Of a DNA stretch of 64,000 nucleotides, positions 26,601 to 39,559 are shown piece after piece (the stretch's first letter is position 1; each line of letters opens with the position of its first letter). Under the pieces are notes generated by a model, which searched no databases, was not told where the DNA came from, and saw nothing but the letters and a program-made list of their open reading frames with translations. Source of the DNA: Macrostomum hystrix (taxonomy: Eukaryota; Animalia; Platyhelminthes); assembly GCA_950097015.1 (NCBI GenBank), contig CATNEN010000008.1, positions 1,426,001-1,490,000 on the forward strand, read 5' to 3'. The position numbers and the translations under genes were made by a program.

Positions 26601-29600
26601 TCAGAATTGAGTCAGGGTTAGAATTGAGTCAGGGTTAGAATTGAGTCAAGGTCAGAATTGAGTCAGGGTCAGAATTGAGTCAGGATTAGAATTGAGTCAG
26701 GATTAGAATTGAGTCAGGATTAGAATTGAGTCAGGATTAGAATTGAGTCAGGCTCAGAATTGAGCCAAGGTCAGAATTGAGTCAGGATTAGAATTGAGTC
26801 AGGATTAGAATTGAGTCAGGATTAGAATTGAGTCAGGATTAGAATTGAGTCAGGATTAGAATTGAGTCAGGCTCAGAATTGAGTCAGGATTAGAATTGAG
26901 TCAAGGTCAGAATTGAGTCAGGATTAGAATTGAGTCAGGATTAGAATTGAGTCAGGATTAGAATTGAGTCAGGATTAGAATTGAGTCAGGATTAGAATTG
27001 AGTCAGGATTAGAATTGAGTCAGGATTAGAATTGAGTCAGGCTCAGAATTGAGTCAGGATTAGAATTGAGTCAAGGTCAGAATTGAGTCAGGATTAGAAT
27101 TGAGTCAGGATTAGAATTGAGTCAGGCTCAGAATTGAGTCAGGATTAGAATTGAGTCAGGATTAGAATTGAGTCAGGGTCAGAATTGAGTCAGGGTCAGA
27201 ATTGAGTCAGGGTCAGAATTGAGTCAGGATTAGAATTGAGTCAGGATTAGAATTGAGTCAGGATTAGAATTGAGTCAGGATTAGAATTGAGTCAGGGTCA
27301 GAATTGAGTCAGGGTCAGAATTGAGTCAGGATTAGAATTGAGTCAGGATTAGAATTGAGTCAGGGTCAGAATTGAGTCAGGATTAGAATTGAGTCAGGGT
27401 CAGAATTGAGTCAGGATTAGAATTGAGTCAGGATTAGAATTGAGTCAGGATTAGAATTGAGTCAGGATTAGAATTGAGTCAGGATTAGAATTGAGTCAGG
27501 ATTAGAATTGAGTCAGGATTAGAATTGAGTCAGGATTAGAATTGAGTCAGGATTAGAATTGAGTCAGGGTCAGAATTGAGCCAGGGTCAGAATTGAGTCA
27601 GGGTCAGAATTGAGTCAGGATTAGAATTGAGTCAGGATTAGAATTGAGTCAGGATTAGAATTGAGTCAGGATTAGAATTGAGTCAGGGTCAGAATTGAGT
27701 CAGGGTCAGAATTGAGTCAGGATTAGAATTTTGTCAGGATTAGAATTGAGTCAGGGTCAGAATTGAGTCAGGATTAGAATTGAGTCAGGGTCAGAATTGA
27801 GTCAGGATTAGAATTGAGTCAGGATTAGAATTGAGTCAGGATTAGAATTGAGTCAGGATTAGAATTGAGTCAGGATTAGAATTGAGTCAGGATTAGAATT
27901 GAGTCAGGATTAGAATTGAGTCAGGATTAGAATTGAGTCAGGCTCAGAATTGAGTCAGGATTAGAATTGAGTCAGGATTAGAATTGAGTCAGGATTAGAA
28001 TTGAGTCAGGCTCAGAATTGAGCCAAGGTCAGAATTGAGTCAGGATTAGAATTGAGTCAGGATTAGAATTGAGTCAGGATTAGAATTGAGTCAGGATTAG
28101 AATTGAGTCAGGATTAGAATTGAGTCAGGATTAGAATTGAGTCAGGATTAAAATTGAGTCAGGCTCAGAATTGAGCCAAGGTCAGAATTGAGTCAGGATT
28201 AGAATTGAGTCAGGATTAGAATTGAGTCAGGATTAGAATTGAGTCAGGATTAGAATTGAGTCAGGATTAGAATTGAGTCAGGCTCAGAATTGAGCCAAGG
28301 TCAGAATTGAGTCAGGATTAGAATTGAGTCAGGATTAGAATTGAGTCAGGATTAGAATTGAGTCAGGATTAGAATTGAGTCAGGATTAGAATTGAGTCAG
28401 GATTAGAATTGAGTCAGGATTAGAATTGAGTCAGGATTAGAATTGAGTCAGGATTAGAATTGAGTCAGGATTAGAATTGAGTCAGGATTAGAATTGAGTC
28501 AGGCTCAGAATTGAGCCAAGGTCAGAATTGAGTCAGGATTAGAATTGAGTCAGGGTTAGAATTGAGTCAGGATTAGAATTGAGTCAGGATTAGAATTGAG
28601 TCAGGATTAGAATTGAGCCAAGGTCAGAATTGAGTCAGGATTAGAATTGAGTCAGGATTAGAATTGAGTCAGGATTAGAATTGAGTCAGGATTAGAATTG
28701 AGTCAGGATTAGAATTGAGTCAGGATTAGAATTGAGTCAGGATTAGAATTGAGTCAGGATTAGAATTGAGTCAGGATTAGAATTGAGTCAGGCTCAGAAT
28801 TGAGCCAAGGTCAGAATTGAGTCAGGGTCAGAATTGAGTCAGGATTAGAATTGAGTCAGGATTAGAATTGAGTCAGGATTAGAATTGAGTCAGGATTAGA
28901 ATTGAGTCAGGATTAGAATTGAGTCAGGATTAGAATTGAGTCAGGCTCAGAATTGAGTCAGGATTAGAATTGAGTCAAGGTCAGAATTGAGTCAGGATTA
29001 GAATTGAGTCAGGGTCAGAATTGAGTCAGGGTCAGAATTGAGTCAGGATTAGAATTGAGTCAGGATTAGAATTGAGTCAGGATTAGAATTGAGTCAGGCT
29101 CAGAATTGAGTCAAGGTCAGAATTGAGTCAGGATTAGAATTGAGTCAGGATTAGAATTGAGTCAGGATTAGAATTGAGTCAGGATTAGAATTGAGTCAGG
29201 ATTAGAATTGAGTCAGGATTAGAATTGAGTCAGGATTAGAATTGAGTCAGGATTAGAATTGAGTCAGGATTAGAATTGAGTCAGGATTAGAATTGAGTCA
29301 GGATTAGAATTGAGTCAGGATTAGAATTGAGTCAGGATTAGAATTGAGTCAGGATTAGAATTGAGTCAGGATTAGAATTGAGTCAGGATTAGAATTGAGT
29401 CAGGATTAGAATTGAGTCAGGATTAGAATTGAGTCAGGATTAGAATTGAGTCAGGCTCAGAATTGAGTCAGGATTAGAATTGAGTCAGGGTTAGAATTGA
29501 GTCAGGGTTAGAATTGAGTCAGGGTTAGAATTGAGTCAAGGTCAGAATTGAGTCAGGGTCAGAATTGAGTCAGGATTAGAATTGAGTCAGGATTAGAATT

Positions 29601-32600
29601 GAGTCAGGATTAGAATTGAGTCAGGATTAGAATTGAGTCAGGCTCAGAATTGAGCCAAGGTCAGAATTGAGTCAGGATTAGAATTGAGTCAGGGTCAGAA
29701 TTGAGTCAGGATTAGAATTGAGTCAGGATTAGAATTGAGTCAGGATTAGAATTGAGTCAGGATTAGAATTGAGTCAGGATTAGAATTGAGTCAGGATTAG
29801 AATTGAGTCAGGATTAGAATTGAGTCAGGATTAGAATTGAGTCAGGATTAGAATTGAGTCAGGGTCAGAATTGAGCCAGGGTCAGAATTGAGTCAGGGTC
29901 AGAATTGAGTCAGGATTAGAATTGAGTCAGGATTAGAATTGAGTCAGGATTAGAATTGAGTCAGGATTAGAATTGAGTCAGGGTCAGAATTGAGTCAGGG
30001 TCAGAATTGAGTCAGGATTAGAATTTTGTCAGGATTAGAATTGAGTCAGGGTCAGAATTGAGTCAGGATTAGAATTGAGTCAGGGTCAGAATTGAGTCAG
30101 GATTAGAATTGAGTCAGGATTAGAATTGAGTCAGGATTAGAATTGAGTCAGGATTAGAATTGAGTCAGGATTAGAATTGAGTCAGGATTAGAATTGAGTC
30201 AGGATTAGAATTGAGTCAGGATTAGAATTGAGTCAGGCTCAGAATTGAGTCAGGATTAGAATTGAGTCAGGATTAGAATTGAGTCAGGATTAGAATTGAG
30301 TCAGGCTCAGAATTGAGCCAAGGTCAGAATTGAGTCAGGATTAGAATTGAGTCAGGATTAGAATTGAGTCAGGATTAGAATTGAGTCAGGATTAGAATTG
30401 AGTCAGGATTAGAATTGAGTCAGGATTAGAATTGAGTCAGGATTAAAATTGAGTCAGGCTCAGAATTGAGCCAAGGTCAGAATTGAGTCAGGATTAGAAT
30501 TGAGTCAGGATTAGAATTGAGTCAGGATTAGAATTGAGTCAGGATTAGAATTGAGTCAGGATTAGAATTGAGTCAGGCTCAGAATTGAGCCAAGGTCAGA
30601 ATTGAGTCAGGATTAGAATTGAGTCAGGATTAGAATTGAGTCAGGATTAGAATTGAGTCAGGATTAGAATTGAGTCAGGATTAGAATTGAGTCAGGATTA
30701 GAATTGAGTCAGGATTAGAATTGAGTCAGGATTAGAATTGAGTCAGGATTAGAATTGAGTCAGGATTAGAATTGAGTCAGGATTAGAATTGAGTCAGGCT
30801 CAGAATTGAGCCAAGGTCAGAATTGAGTCAGGATTAGAATTGAGTCAGGGTTAGAATTGAGTCAGGGTCAGAATTGAGTCAGGATTAGAATTGAGTCAGG
30901 GTCAGAATTGAGTCAGGATTAGAATTGAGTCAGGATTAGAATTGAGTCAGGATTAGAATTGAGTCAGGATTAGAATTGAGTCAGGATTAGAATTGAGTCA
31001 GGATTAGAATTGAGTCAGGATTAGAATTGAGTCAGGATTAGAATTGAGTCAGGATTAGAATTGAGTCAGGATTAGAATTGAGTCAGGCTCAGAATTGAGC
31101 CAAGGTCAGAATTGAGTCAGGGTCAGAATTGAGTCAGGATTAGAATTGAGTCAGGATTAGAATTGAGTCAGGATTAGAATTGAGTCAGGATTAGAATTGA
31201 GTCAGGATTAGAATTGAGTCAGGATTAGAATTGAGTCAGGCTCAGAATTGAGTCAGGATTAGAATTGAGTCAAGGTCAGAATTGAGTCAGGATTAGAATT
31301 GAGTCAGGGTCAGAATTGAGTCAGGGTCAGAATTGAGTCAGGATTAGAATTGAGTCAGGATTAGAATTGAGTCAGGATTAGAATTGAGTCAGGCTCAGAA
31401 TTGAGTCAAGGTCAGAATTGAGTCAGGATTAGAATTGAGTCAGGATTAGAATTGAGTCAGGATTAGAATTGAGTCAGGATTAGAATTGAGTCAGGATTAG
31501 AATTGAGTCAGGATTAGAATTGAGTCAGGATTAGAATTGAGTCAGGATTAGAATTGAGTCAGGATTAGAATTGAGTCAGGATTAGAATTGAGTCAGGATT
31601 AGAATTGAGTCAGGATTAGAATTGAGTCAGGATTAGAATTGAGTCAGGATTAGAATTGAGTCAGGATTAGAATTGAGTCAGGATTAGAATTGAGTCAGGA
31701 TTAGAATTGAGTCAGGATTAGAATTGAGTCAGGATTAGAATTGAGTCAGGCTCAGAATTGAGTCAGGATTAGAATTGAGTCAGGGTTAGAATTGAGTCAG
31801 GGTTAGAATTGAGTCAGGGTTAGAATTGAGTCAAGGTCAGAATTGAGTCAGGGTCAGAATTGAGTCAGGATTAGAATTGAGTCAGGATTAGAATTGAGTC
31901 AGGATTAGAATTGAGTCAGGATTAGAATTGAGTCAGGCTCAGAATTGAGCCAAGGTCAGAATTGAGTCAGGATTAGAATTGAGTCAGGATTAGAATTGAG
32001 TCAGGATTAGAATTGAGTCAGGATTAGAATTGAGTCAGGATTAGAATTGAGTCAGGCTCAGAATTGAGTCAGGATTAGAATTGAGTCAAGGTCAGAATTG
32101 AGTCAGGATTAGAATTGAGTCAGGATTAGAATTGAGTCAGGATTAGAATTGAGTCAGGATTAGAATTGAGTCAGGATTAGAATTGAGTCAGGATTAGAAT
32201 TGAGTCAGGATTAGAATTGAGTCAGGATTAGAATTGAGTCAGGCTCAGAATTGAGTCAGGATTAGAATTGAGTCAAGGTCAGAATTGAGTCAGGATTAGA
32301 ATTGAGTCAGGATTAGAATTGAGTCAGGCTCAGAATTGAGTCAGGATTAGAATTGAGTCAGGATTAGAATTGAGTCAGGGTCAGAATTGAGTCAGGGTCA
32401 GAATTGAGTCAGGGTCAGAATTGAGTCAGGATTAGAATTGAGTCAGGATTAGAATTGAGTCAGGATTAGAATTGAGTCAGGATTAGAATTGAGTCAGGGT
32501 CAGAATTGAGTCAGGGTCAGAATTGAGTCAGGATTAGAATTGAGTCAGGATTAGAATTGAGTCAGGGTCAGAATTGAGTCAGGATTAGAATTGAGTCAGG

Positions 32601-34746
32601 GTCAGAATTGAGTCAGGATTAGAATTGAGTCAGGATTAGAATTGAGTCAGGATTAGAATTGAGTCAGGATTAGAATTGAGTCAGGATTAGAATTGAGTCA
32701 GGATTAGAATTGAGTCAGGATTAGAATTGAGTCAGGATTAGAATTGAGTCAGGCTCAGAATTGAGTCAGGATTAGAATTGAGTCAGGATTAGAATTGAGT
32801 CAGGATTAGAATTGAGTCAGGCTCAGAATTGAGCCAAGGTCAGAATTGAGTCAGGATTAGAATTGAGTCAGGATTAGAATTGAGTCAGGATTAGAATTGA
32901 GTCAGGATTAGAATTGAGTCAGGATTAGAATTGAGTCAGGATTAGAATTGAGTCAGGATTAGAATTGAGTCAGGATTAGAATTGAGTCAGGCTCAGAATT
33001 GAGCCAAGGTCAGAATTGAGTCAGGATTAGAATTGAGTCAGGATTAGAATTGAGTCAGGATTAGAATTGAGTCAGGATTAGAATTGAGTCAGGATTAGAA
33101 TTGAGTCAGGCTCAGAATTGAGCCAAGGTCAGAATTGAGTCAGGATTAGAATTGAGTCAGGATTAGAATTGAGTCAGGATTAGAATTGAGTCAGGATTAG
33201 AATTGAGTCAGGATTAGAATTGAGTCAGGATTAGAATTGAGTCAGGATTAGAATTGAGTCAGGATTAGAATTGAGTCAGGATTAGAATTGAGTCAGGATT
33301 AGAATTGAGTCAGGATTAGAATTGAGTCAGGCTCAGAATTGAGCCAAGGTCAGAATTGAGTCAGGATTAGAATTGAGTCAGGGTTAGAATTGAGTCAGGG
33401 TCAGAATTGAGTCAGGATTAGAATTGAGTCAGGATTAGAATTGAGTCAGGATTAGAATTGAGTCAGGCTCAGAATTGAGTCAGGATTAGAATTGAGTCAG
33501 GATTAGAATTGAGTCAGGATTAGAATTGAGTCAGGATTAGAATTGAGTCAGGATTAGAATTGAGTCAGGATTAGAATTGAGTCAGGATTAGAATTGAGTC
33601 AGGGTCAGAATTGAGTCAGGATTAGAATTGAGTCAGGATTAGAATTGAGTCAGGCTCAGAATTGAGTCAGGCTCAGAATTGAGTCAGGATTAGAATTGAG
33701 TCAGGGTTAGAATTGAGTCAGGATTAGAATTGAGTCAGGCTCAGAATTGAGTCAGGATTAGAATTGAGTCAGGGTTAGAATTGAGTCAGGGTCAGAATTG
33801 AGTCAGGCTCAGAATTGAGTCAGGATTAGAATTGAGTCAGGGTTAGAATTGAGTCAGGATTAGAATTGAGTCAGGATTAGAATTGAGTCAGGATTAGAAT
33901 TGAGTCAGGGTTAGAATTGAGTCAGGGTTAGAATTGAGTAAGGGTCAGATTGAGTCAGGATTAGAATTGAGTCAGGGTTAGAATTGAGTCAGGATTAGAA
34001 TTGAGTCAGGATTAGAATTGAGTCAGGGTTAGAATTGAGTCAGGATTAGAATTGAGTCAGGATTAGAATTGAGTCAGGATTAGAATTGAGTCAGGCTCAG
34101 AATTGAGTCAGGCTCAGAATTGAGTCAGGATTAGAATTGAGTCAGGGTTAGAATTGAGTCAGGATTAGAATTGAGTCAGGCTCAGAATTGAGTCAGGATT
34201 AGAATTGAGTCAGGATTAGAATTGAGTCAGGATTAGAATTGAGTCAGGCTCAGAATTGAGTCAGGATTAGAATTGAGTCAGGGTTAGAATTGAGTCAGGA
34301 TTAGAATTGAGTCAGGATTAGAATTGAGTCAGGATTAGAATTGAGTCAGGATTATAATTGAGTCAGGCTCAGAATTGAGTCAGGATTAGAATTGAGTCAG
34401 GGTTAGAATTGAGTCAGGCTCAGAATTGAGTCAGGGTCAGAATTGAGTCAGGATTAGAATTGAGTCAGGATTAGAATTGAGTCAGGATTAGAATTGAGTC
34501 AGGATTAGAATTGAGTCAGGCTCAGAATTGAGTCAGGATTAGAATTGAGTCAGGATTAGAACTGAGTCAGGATTAGAATTGAGTCAGGGTTAGAATTGAG
34601 TCAGGATTAGAATTGAGTCAGGATTAGAATTGAGTCAGGCTCAGAATTGAGCCAAGGTCAGAATTGAGTCAGGGTCAGAATTGAGTCAGGGTCAGAATTG
34701 AGTCAGGGTCAGAATTGAGTCAGGGTCAGAATTGAGTCAGGGTCAG
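23692..34746. repeat. 11-kb satellite, 17-nt unit GAATTGAGTCAGG(ATT/GTC/CTC/GTT)A, ~650 copies, with higher-order duplications
   Basis: Read directly; rare variants recur at exact multiples of 17 (578, 799, 2295 bp). Confidence 0.98.
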
Positions 34747-35339
34747 GTTTTGTCTGAGTAGGGCAGTTATTTCATGAGCTCAAAGCATCTCTGACTCCCG
34801 CTGTGTCAGGGTGTCCTGAGCTCCGCAGATTCTCCTGTTTCAGTGTGTTTTAAGCGAGCAACTGCCGTGGACACAGCCGCCAGAGGGTCAAACGGTCGCA
34901 AGCGTGTCCTTCGCAGGTGTCTAAACTAATGAGCTACGGGGGGTTCCATCATCTGTGCTGTGTCCAGCTTCAGTCCACGCGCGGTAAATTATATGTTTAT
35001 AATCGCGTATGTGATGCATTTGGTCAGCAATAATAATAGTAGATAAACACGTTACAACATAGCTATAAGCGATTCGTTCAAAGCGAGGATAACAATTAAT
35101 TATGAACTCAACTTGATCGCCTATAATTGCTAATAATCAGAAGTTTATACGCTATAAAGTTTAGTAACTGGGTCAGTTGGTTGTGAGCGCTGAATATGCC
35201 ACCTGTTGTCCTCTGAGACGGTGCGAACAAAGTCAGTTGGAAACTGCACAGCCACTTAGACAGAATTAGATTGACTTTTTAGCTACCAACAATCACGAGA
35301 AGTAGAGAGGTGGTGAGAGAGGAAGACACGTACAGTTGA

Positions 35340-37590
35340 TAGGGAGAGAGGTAGAGCGAGAGAGGAAGAGAGGTAGAGTGAGAGAGAAAGAGAGGTAGAG
35401 TGAGGGAGAAAGAGAGGTAGAGTGAGAGACAGAGAGGTAGAGTGAGAGAAAGAGAGGTAGAGTGAGGGAGAAAGAGAGGTAGAGTGAGAGAGAAAGAGAG
35501 GTAGAGTGAGGGAGAAAGAGACGTAGAGTGAGAGAGAAAGAGAGGTAGAGTGAGGGAGAAAGAGAGGTAGAGTGAGAGAGGAAGAGAGGTATAGTGAGGG
35601 AGAAAGAGGGGTAGAGTGAGAGAAAGAGGGGTAGAGTGAGAGAAATAGAGGTAGAGTGAGAGAAAGAGGGTTAGAGTGAGAGAAAGAGAGGTAGAGTGAG
35701 GGAGAAAGAGAGGTAGAGTGAGGGAGAAAGAGAGGTAGAGTGAGAGAGAAAGAGAGGTAGAGTGAGGGAGAAAGAGAGGTAGAGTGAGAGAGGAAGAGAG
35801 GTAGAGTGAGAGAAAGAGGGTTAGAGTGAGAGAAAGAGAGGTAGAGTGAGAGAAAGAGAGGTAGAGTGAGGGAGAAAGAGAGGTAGAGTGAGAGAAAGAG
35901 AGGTAGAGTGAGGGAGAAAGAGAGGTAGAGTGAGAGAAAGAGAGGTAGAGTGAGGGAGAAAGAGAGGTAGAGTGAGGGAGAAAGAGAGGTAGAGTGAGAG
36001 AAAGAGAGGTAGAGTGAGAGAAAGAGAGGTAGAGTGAGGGAGAAAGAGAGGTAGAGTGAGAGAAAGAGAGGTAGAGTGAGGGAGAAAGAGAGGTAGAGTG
36101 AGAGAGGAAGAGAGGTAGAGTGAGAGAAAGAGAGGTAGAGTGAGGGAGAAAGAGAGGTAGAGTGAGAGAAAGAGAGGTAGAGTGAGGGAGAAAGAGAGGT
36201 ATAGTGAGGGAGGAAGAGAGGTAGAGTGAGGGAGAAAGAGAGGTAGAGTGAGAGAAAGAGGGGTAGAGTGAGAGAAATAGAGGTAGAGTGAGAGAAAGAG
36301 GGTTAGAGTGAGAGAAAGAGAGGTAGAGTGAGAGAAAGAGAGGTAGAGTGAGAGAAAGAGAGGTATAGTGAGGGAGAAAGAGAGGTAGAGTGAGAGAAAG
36401 AGAGGTAGAGTGAGGGAGAAAGAGAGGTAGAGTGAAAGAGGAAGAGAGGTAGAGTGAGGGAGAAAGAGAGGTAGAGTGAGAGAGGAAGAGAGGTAGAGTG
36501 AGGGAGAAAGAGAGGTAGAGTGAGGGAGAAAGAGAGGTAGAGTGAGAGAAAGAGAGGTAGAGTGAGAGAAAGAGAGGTATAGTGAGGGAGAAAGAGAGGT
36601 AGAGTGAGAGAAAGAGAGGTAGAGTGAGGGAGAAAGAGAGGTAGAGTGAGAGAGGAAGAGAGGTAGAGTGAGAGAAAGAGAGGTAGAGTGAGGGAGAAAG
36701 AGAGGTAGAGTGAGAGAAAGAGAGGTAGAGTGAGGGAGAAAGAGAGGTAGAGTGAGAGAGGAAGAGAGGTAGAGTGAGAGAAAGAGAGGTAGAGTGAGGG
36801 AGAAAGAGAGGTAGAGTGAGAGAAAGAGAGGTAGAGTGAGGGAGAAAGAGAGGTATAGTGAGGGAGGAAGAGAGGTAGAGTGAGGGAGAAAGAGAGGTAG
36901 AGTGAGAGAAAGAGGGGTAGAGTGAGAGAAATAGAGGTAGAGTGAGAGAAAGAGGGTTAGAGTGAGAGAAAGAGAGGTAGAGTGAGAGAAAGAGAGGTAG
37001 AGTGAGAGAAAGAGAGGTATAGTGAGGGAGAAAGAGAGGTAGAGTGAGAGAAAGAGAGGTAGAGTGAGGGAGAAAGAGAGGTAGAGTGAAAGAGGAAGAG
37101 AGGTAGAGTGAGGGAGAAAGAGAGGTAGAGTGAGAGAGGAAGAGAGGTAGAGTGAGGGAGAAAGAGAGGTAGAGTGAGGGAGAAAGAGAGGTAGAGTGAG
37201 AGAAAGAGAGGTAGAGTGAGAGAAAGAGAGGTATAGTGAGGGAGAAAGAGAGGTAGAGTGAGAGAAAGAGAGGTAGAGTGAGGGAGAAAGAGAGGTAGAG
37301 TGAGAGAGGAAGAGAGGTAGAGTGAGAGAAAGAGAGGTAGAGTGAGGGAGAAAGAGAGGTAGAGTGAGGGAGAAAGAGAGGTAGAGTGAGAGAGGAAGAG
37401 AGGTAGAGTGAGAGAAAGAGAGGTAGAGTGAGAGAAAGAGAGGTAGAGTGAGAGAAAGAGAGGTAGAGTGAGGAAGAAAGGGAGGTAGAGTGAGAGAAAG
37501 AGAGGTAGAGTGAGGGAGAAAGAGAGGTAGAGTGAGAGAGGAAGAGAGGTAGAGTGAGAGAGAAAGAGGGGTAGAGCGGGAGAGAGGTAG
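35340..37590. repeat. Polypurine minisatellite, 20/22-nt unit GAGAAAGAGAGGTAGAGTGA(GG)
   Basis: Unit read directly from the sequence. Confidence 0.95.
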
Positions 37591-39559
37591 CTTTTTGCAG
37601 GCAGAGAGGTACAGTGAGAGTTAAGAGGGAGAGTTAGATTGAGACAGAGAAGATGAGTAGAGTGAGATAGACAACTTGATTTAATAAATACTAGTAGATA
37701 GATTCCTCAGCATCATCTTAACACAAGCCTAAACAAAAAAAGAAGGAACGATGATGACAGGTCAGTCTCCTATTGTTGTTGCAGAAAAGCTATTCCTTGG
37801 TTATCTTTTCAATTTCTTTAGTAGGCGCGTGCGTGCAAAACTAAGAAATTTTGGCGACGATGGAGGGAATATTAAACACAGGCGTGATTTTCCCATGAGT
37901 CTGGAGATTTACCTGGCAACAATGCGTGAGTCTAGGTATTTGAGCAGGTTCTATAGATTGACGCCCCAAATATTTCTTAAGCCACATCCAATAAACTTCT
38001 TTTTATCATCAATTGTTACACCTACCCCTGTTTACAAAAAAAGAAGACGACCTGGGGCCCTACGTGGCGTACGCCACTCCTGTTGTCTATGGCCAAACCT
38101 CCCCCCCGCGTGTAGCCGGACAACAAACTCAGCAAGGTGCCTATAGTGGGAATTCCCGCCTACTGCTCAATAGAATAATACTTTGAGCATTGTGGATTGT
38201 CAATATTTTTTCCAATCGTTATAAAACAGAGAGAGATGGCACGAGGGTGAAAGTTTTGTGATTGATTTTTTCAGACAAAAGCCCTCACTCGACAATGCGG
38301 GCCTAGCCTATCTTCGAGGCTTCTGAGGATCTGAAATCAGTGTTCCCGAATGTTGATTTGAAAATTTGTGGGCATGGCAACTGAAACTAAAATAAATGAT
38401 GAAGCTGCTGCACTCGGGCAATCACTTTCCAGTTGTAGATTCGAAAAAATTATTAAAAATATGATTGAATTCTAGTTTCACTGTCAGTAAACTTAATATA
38501 GTCTCGTATAGGGGCAAAAAAGCACTGAAATCACTTGCTAATCATTCCAATTATGAGACTGGTTTTTGTCACATTCGACAACTTTGATGGTTTTGAAAAC
38601 TAAATATCTAAACTTTTCATTGCTTTAACAGTAGACAAACCGTGCTATTTTTTCAAATACACACTGCCTAATAATAATAATAATAATTGCAGGAGGGCTG
38701 CGGGCAATGCCACATTATTTGGTGACACTAGACCCGCAGCCAGCGAGGAGGCAATTCTGCCCATTTCACTGACTCCTGAGCACACACGCACACAGATACC
38801 GTACGCAGGCACACGCTCACACAGGTGTGTACATCTGCCCTGACTTTCTCATCGTCAGGCAGTGTACACTCTCACTGTGCCTTGGAGGTTGGCCCTCAAG
38901 GGCGTAAATTGCACGACAAGCCCCCAAGCCTTCTCTCCGCGGCTGCGCCCCAAATAAATTAACAGTTCAATGTGTGGCTTGGTCAACTGTTAAAAGTGTG
39001 GCTTCATTCTGAAAAAAAGGAAATAGAAGCAGGACGCTCTAGATTTAAAAATCTACATTCGTTTTCTGTGTTGCATCACATCAGCTTAGAAATCTGTCCA
39101 ACTGTTTAACCAGCTCAAAGCCATTAGAATCAGAATCCATCCTTGTTTGATGAGCAATTTTACCCGTGTTTAGATTTGAAGACTATATAAGGTCAGATGG
39201 AATCCGAAGATTAACCTGTCAGATAAGCTCGAGCATGAACTCAACAGATGGGAAAAACAACAGTTGTGTTTGTTTTGTCCATACAGATTGCCAATGTATC
39301 GGCTATAAATGATGGTTTGATGTGCCATTGTGCAATAATGAATCTTAGGATACTCGTACGAATGTCTTGTAAATATACAGACCAATTTCCTCTGAACCAC
39401 TGACAACTTTTGATTATAACTTGGATCCGGAGGAAAATGAGGAATGATGGTTTTTATCAGCTACTGTAAGTAGCGGTAATGCGTTTATATTTTAGGAAAA
39501 ATGAATTATACGATATAGCTTTGGCGTTTAGATTCGGCAACAATGATGGAAGGATGGGC

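Noticed and set aside
23692-34746. CRISPR array or telomeric repeat
   Set aside because: Units are contiguous with no unique spacers and there are no cas genes. AGGGTTAG appears only in a minority variant, not as (TTAGGG)n.
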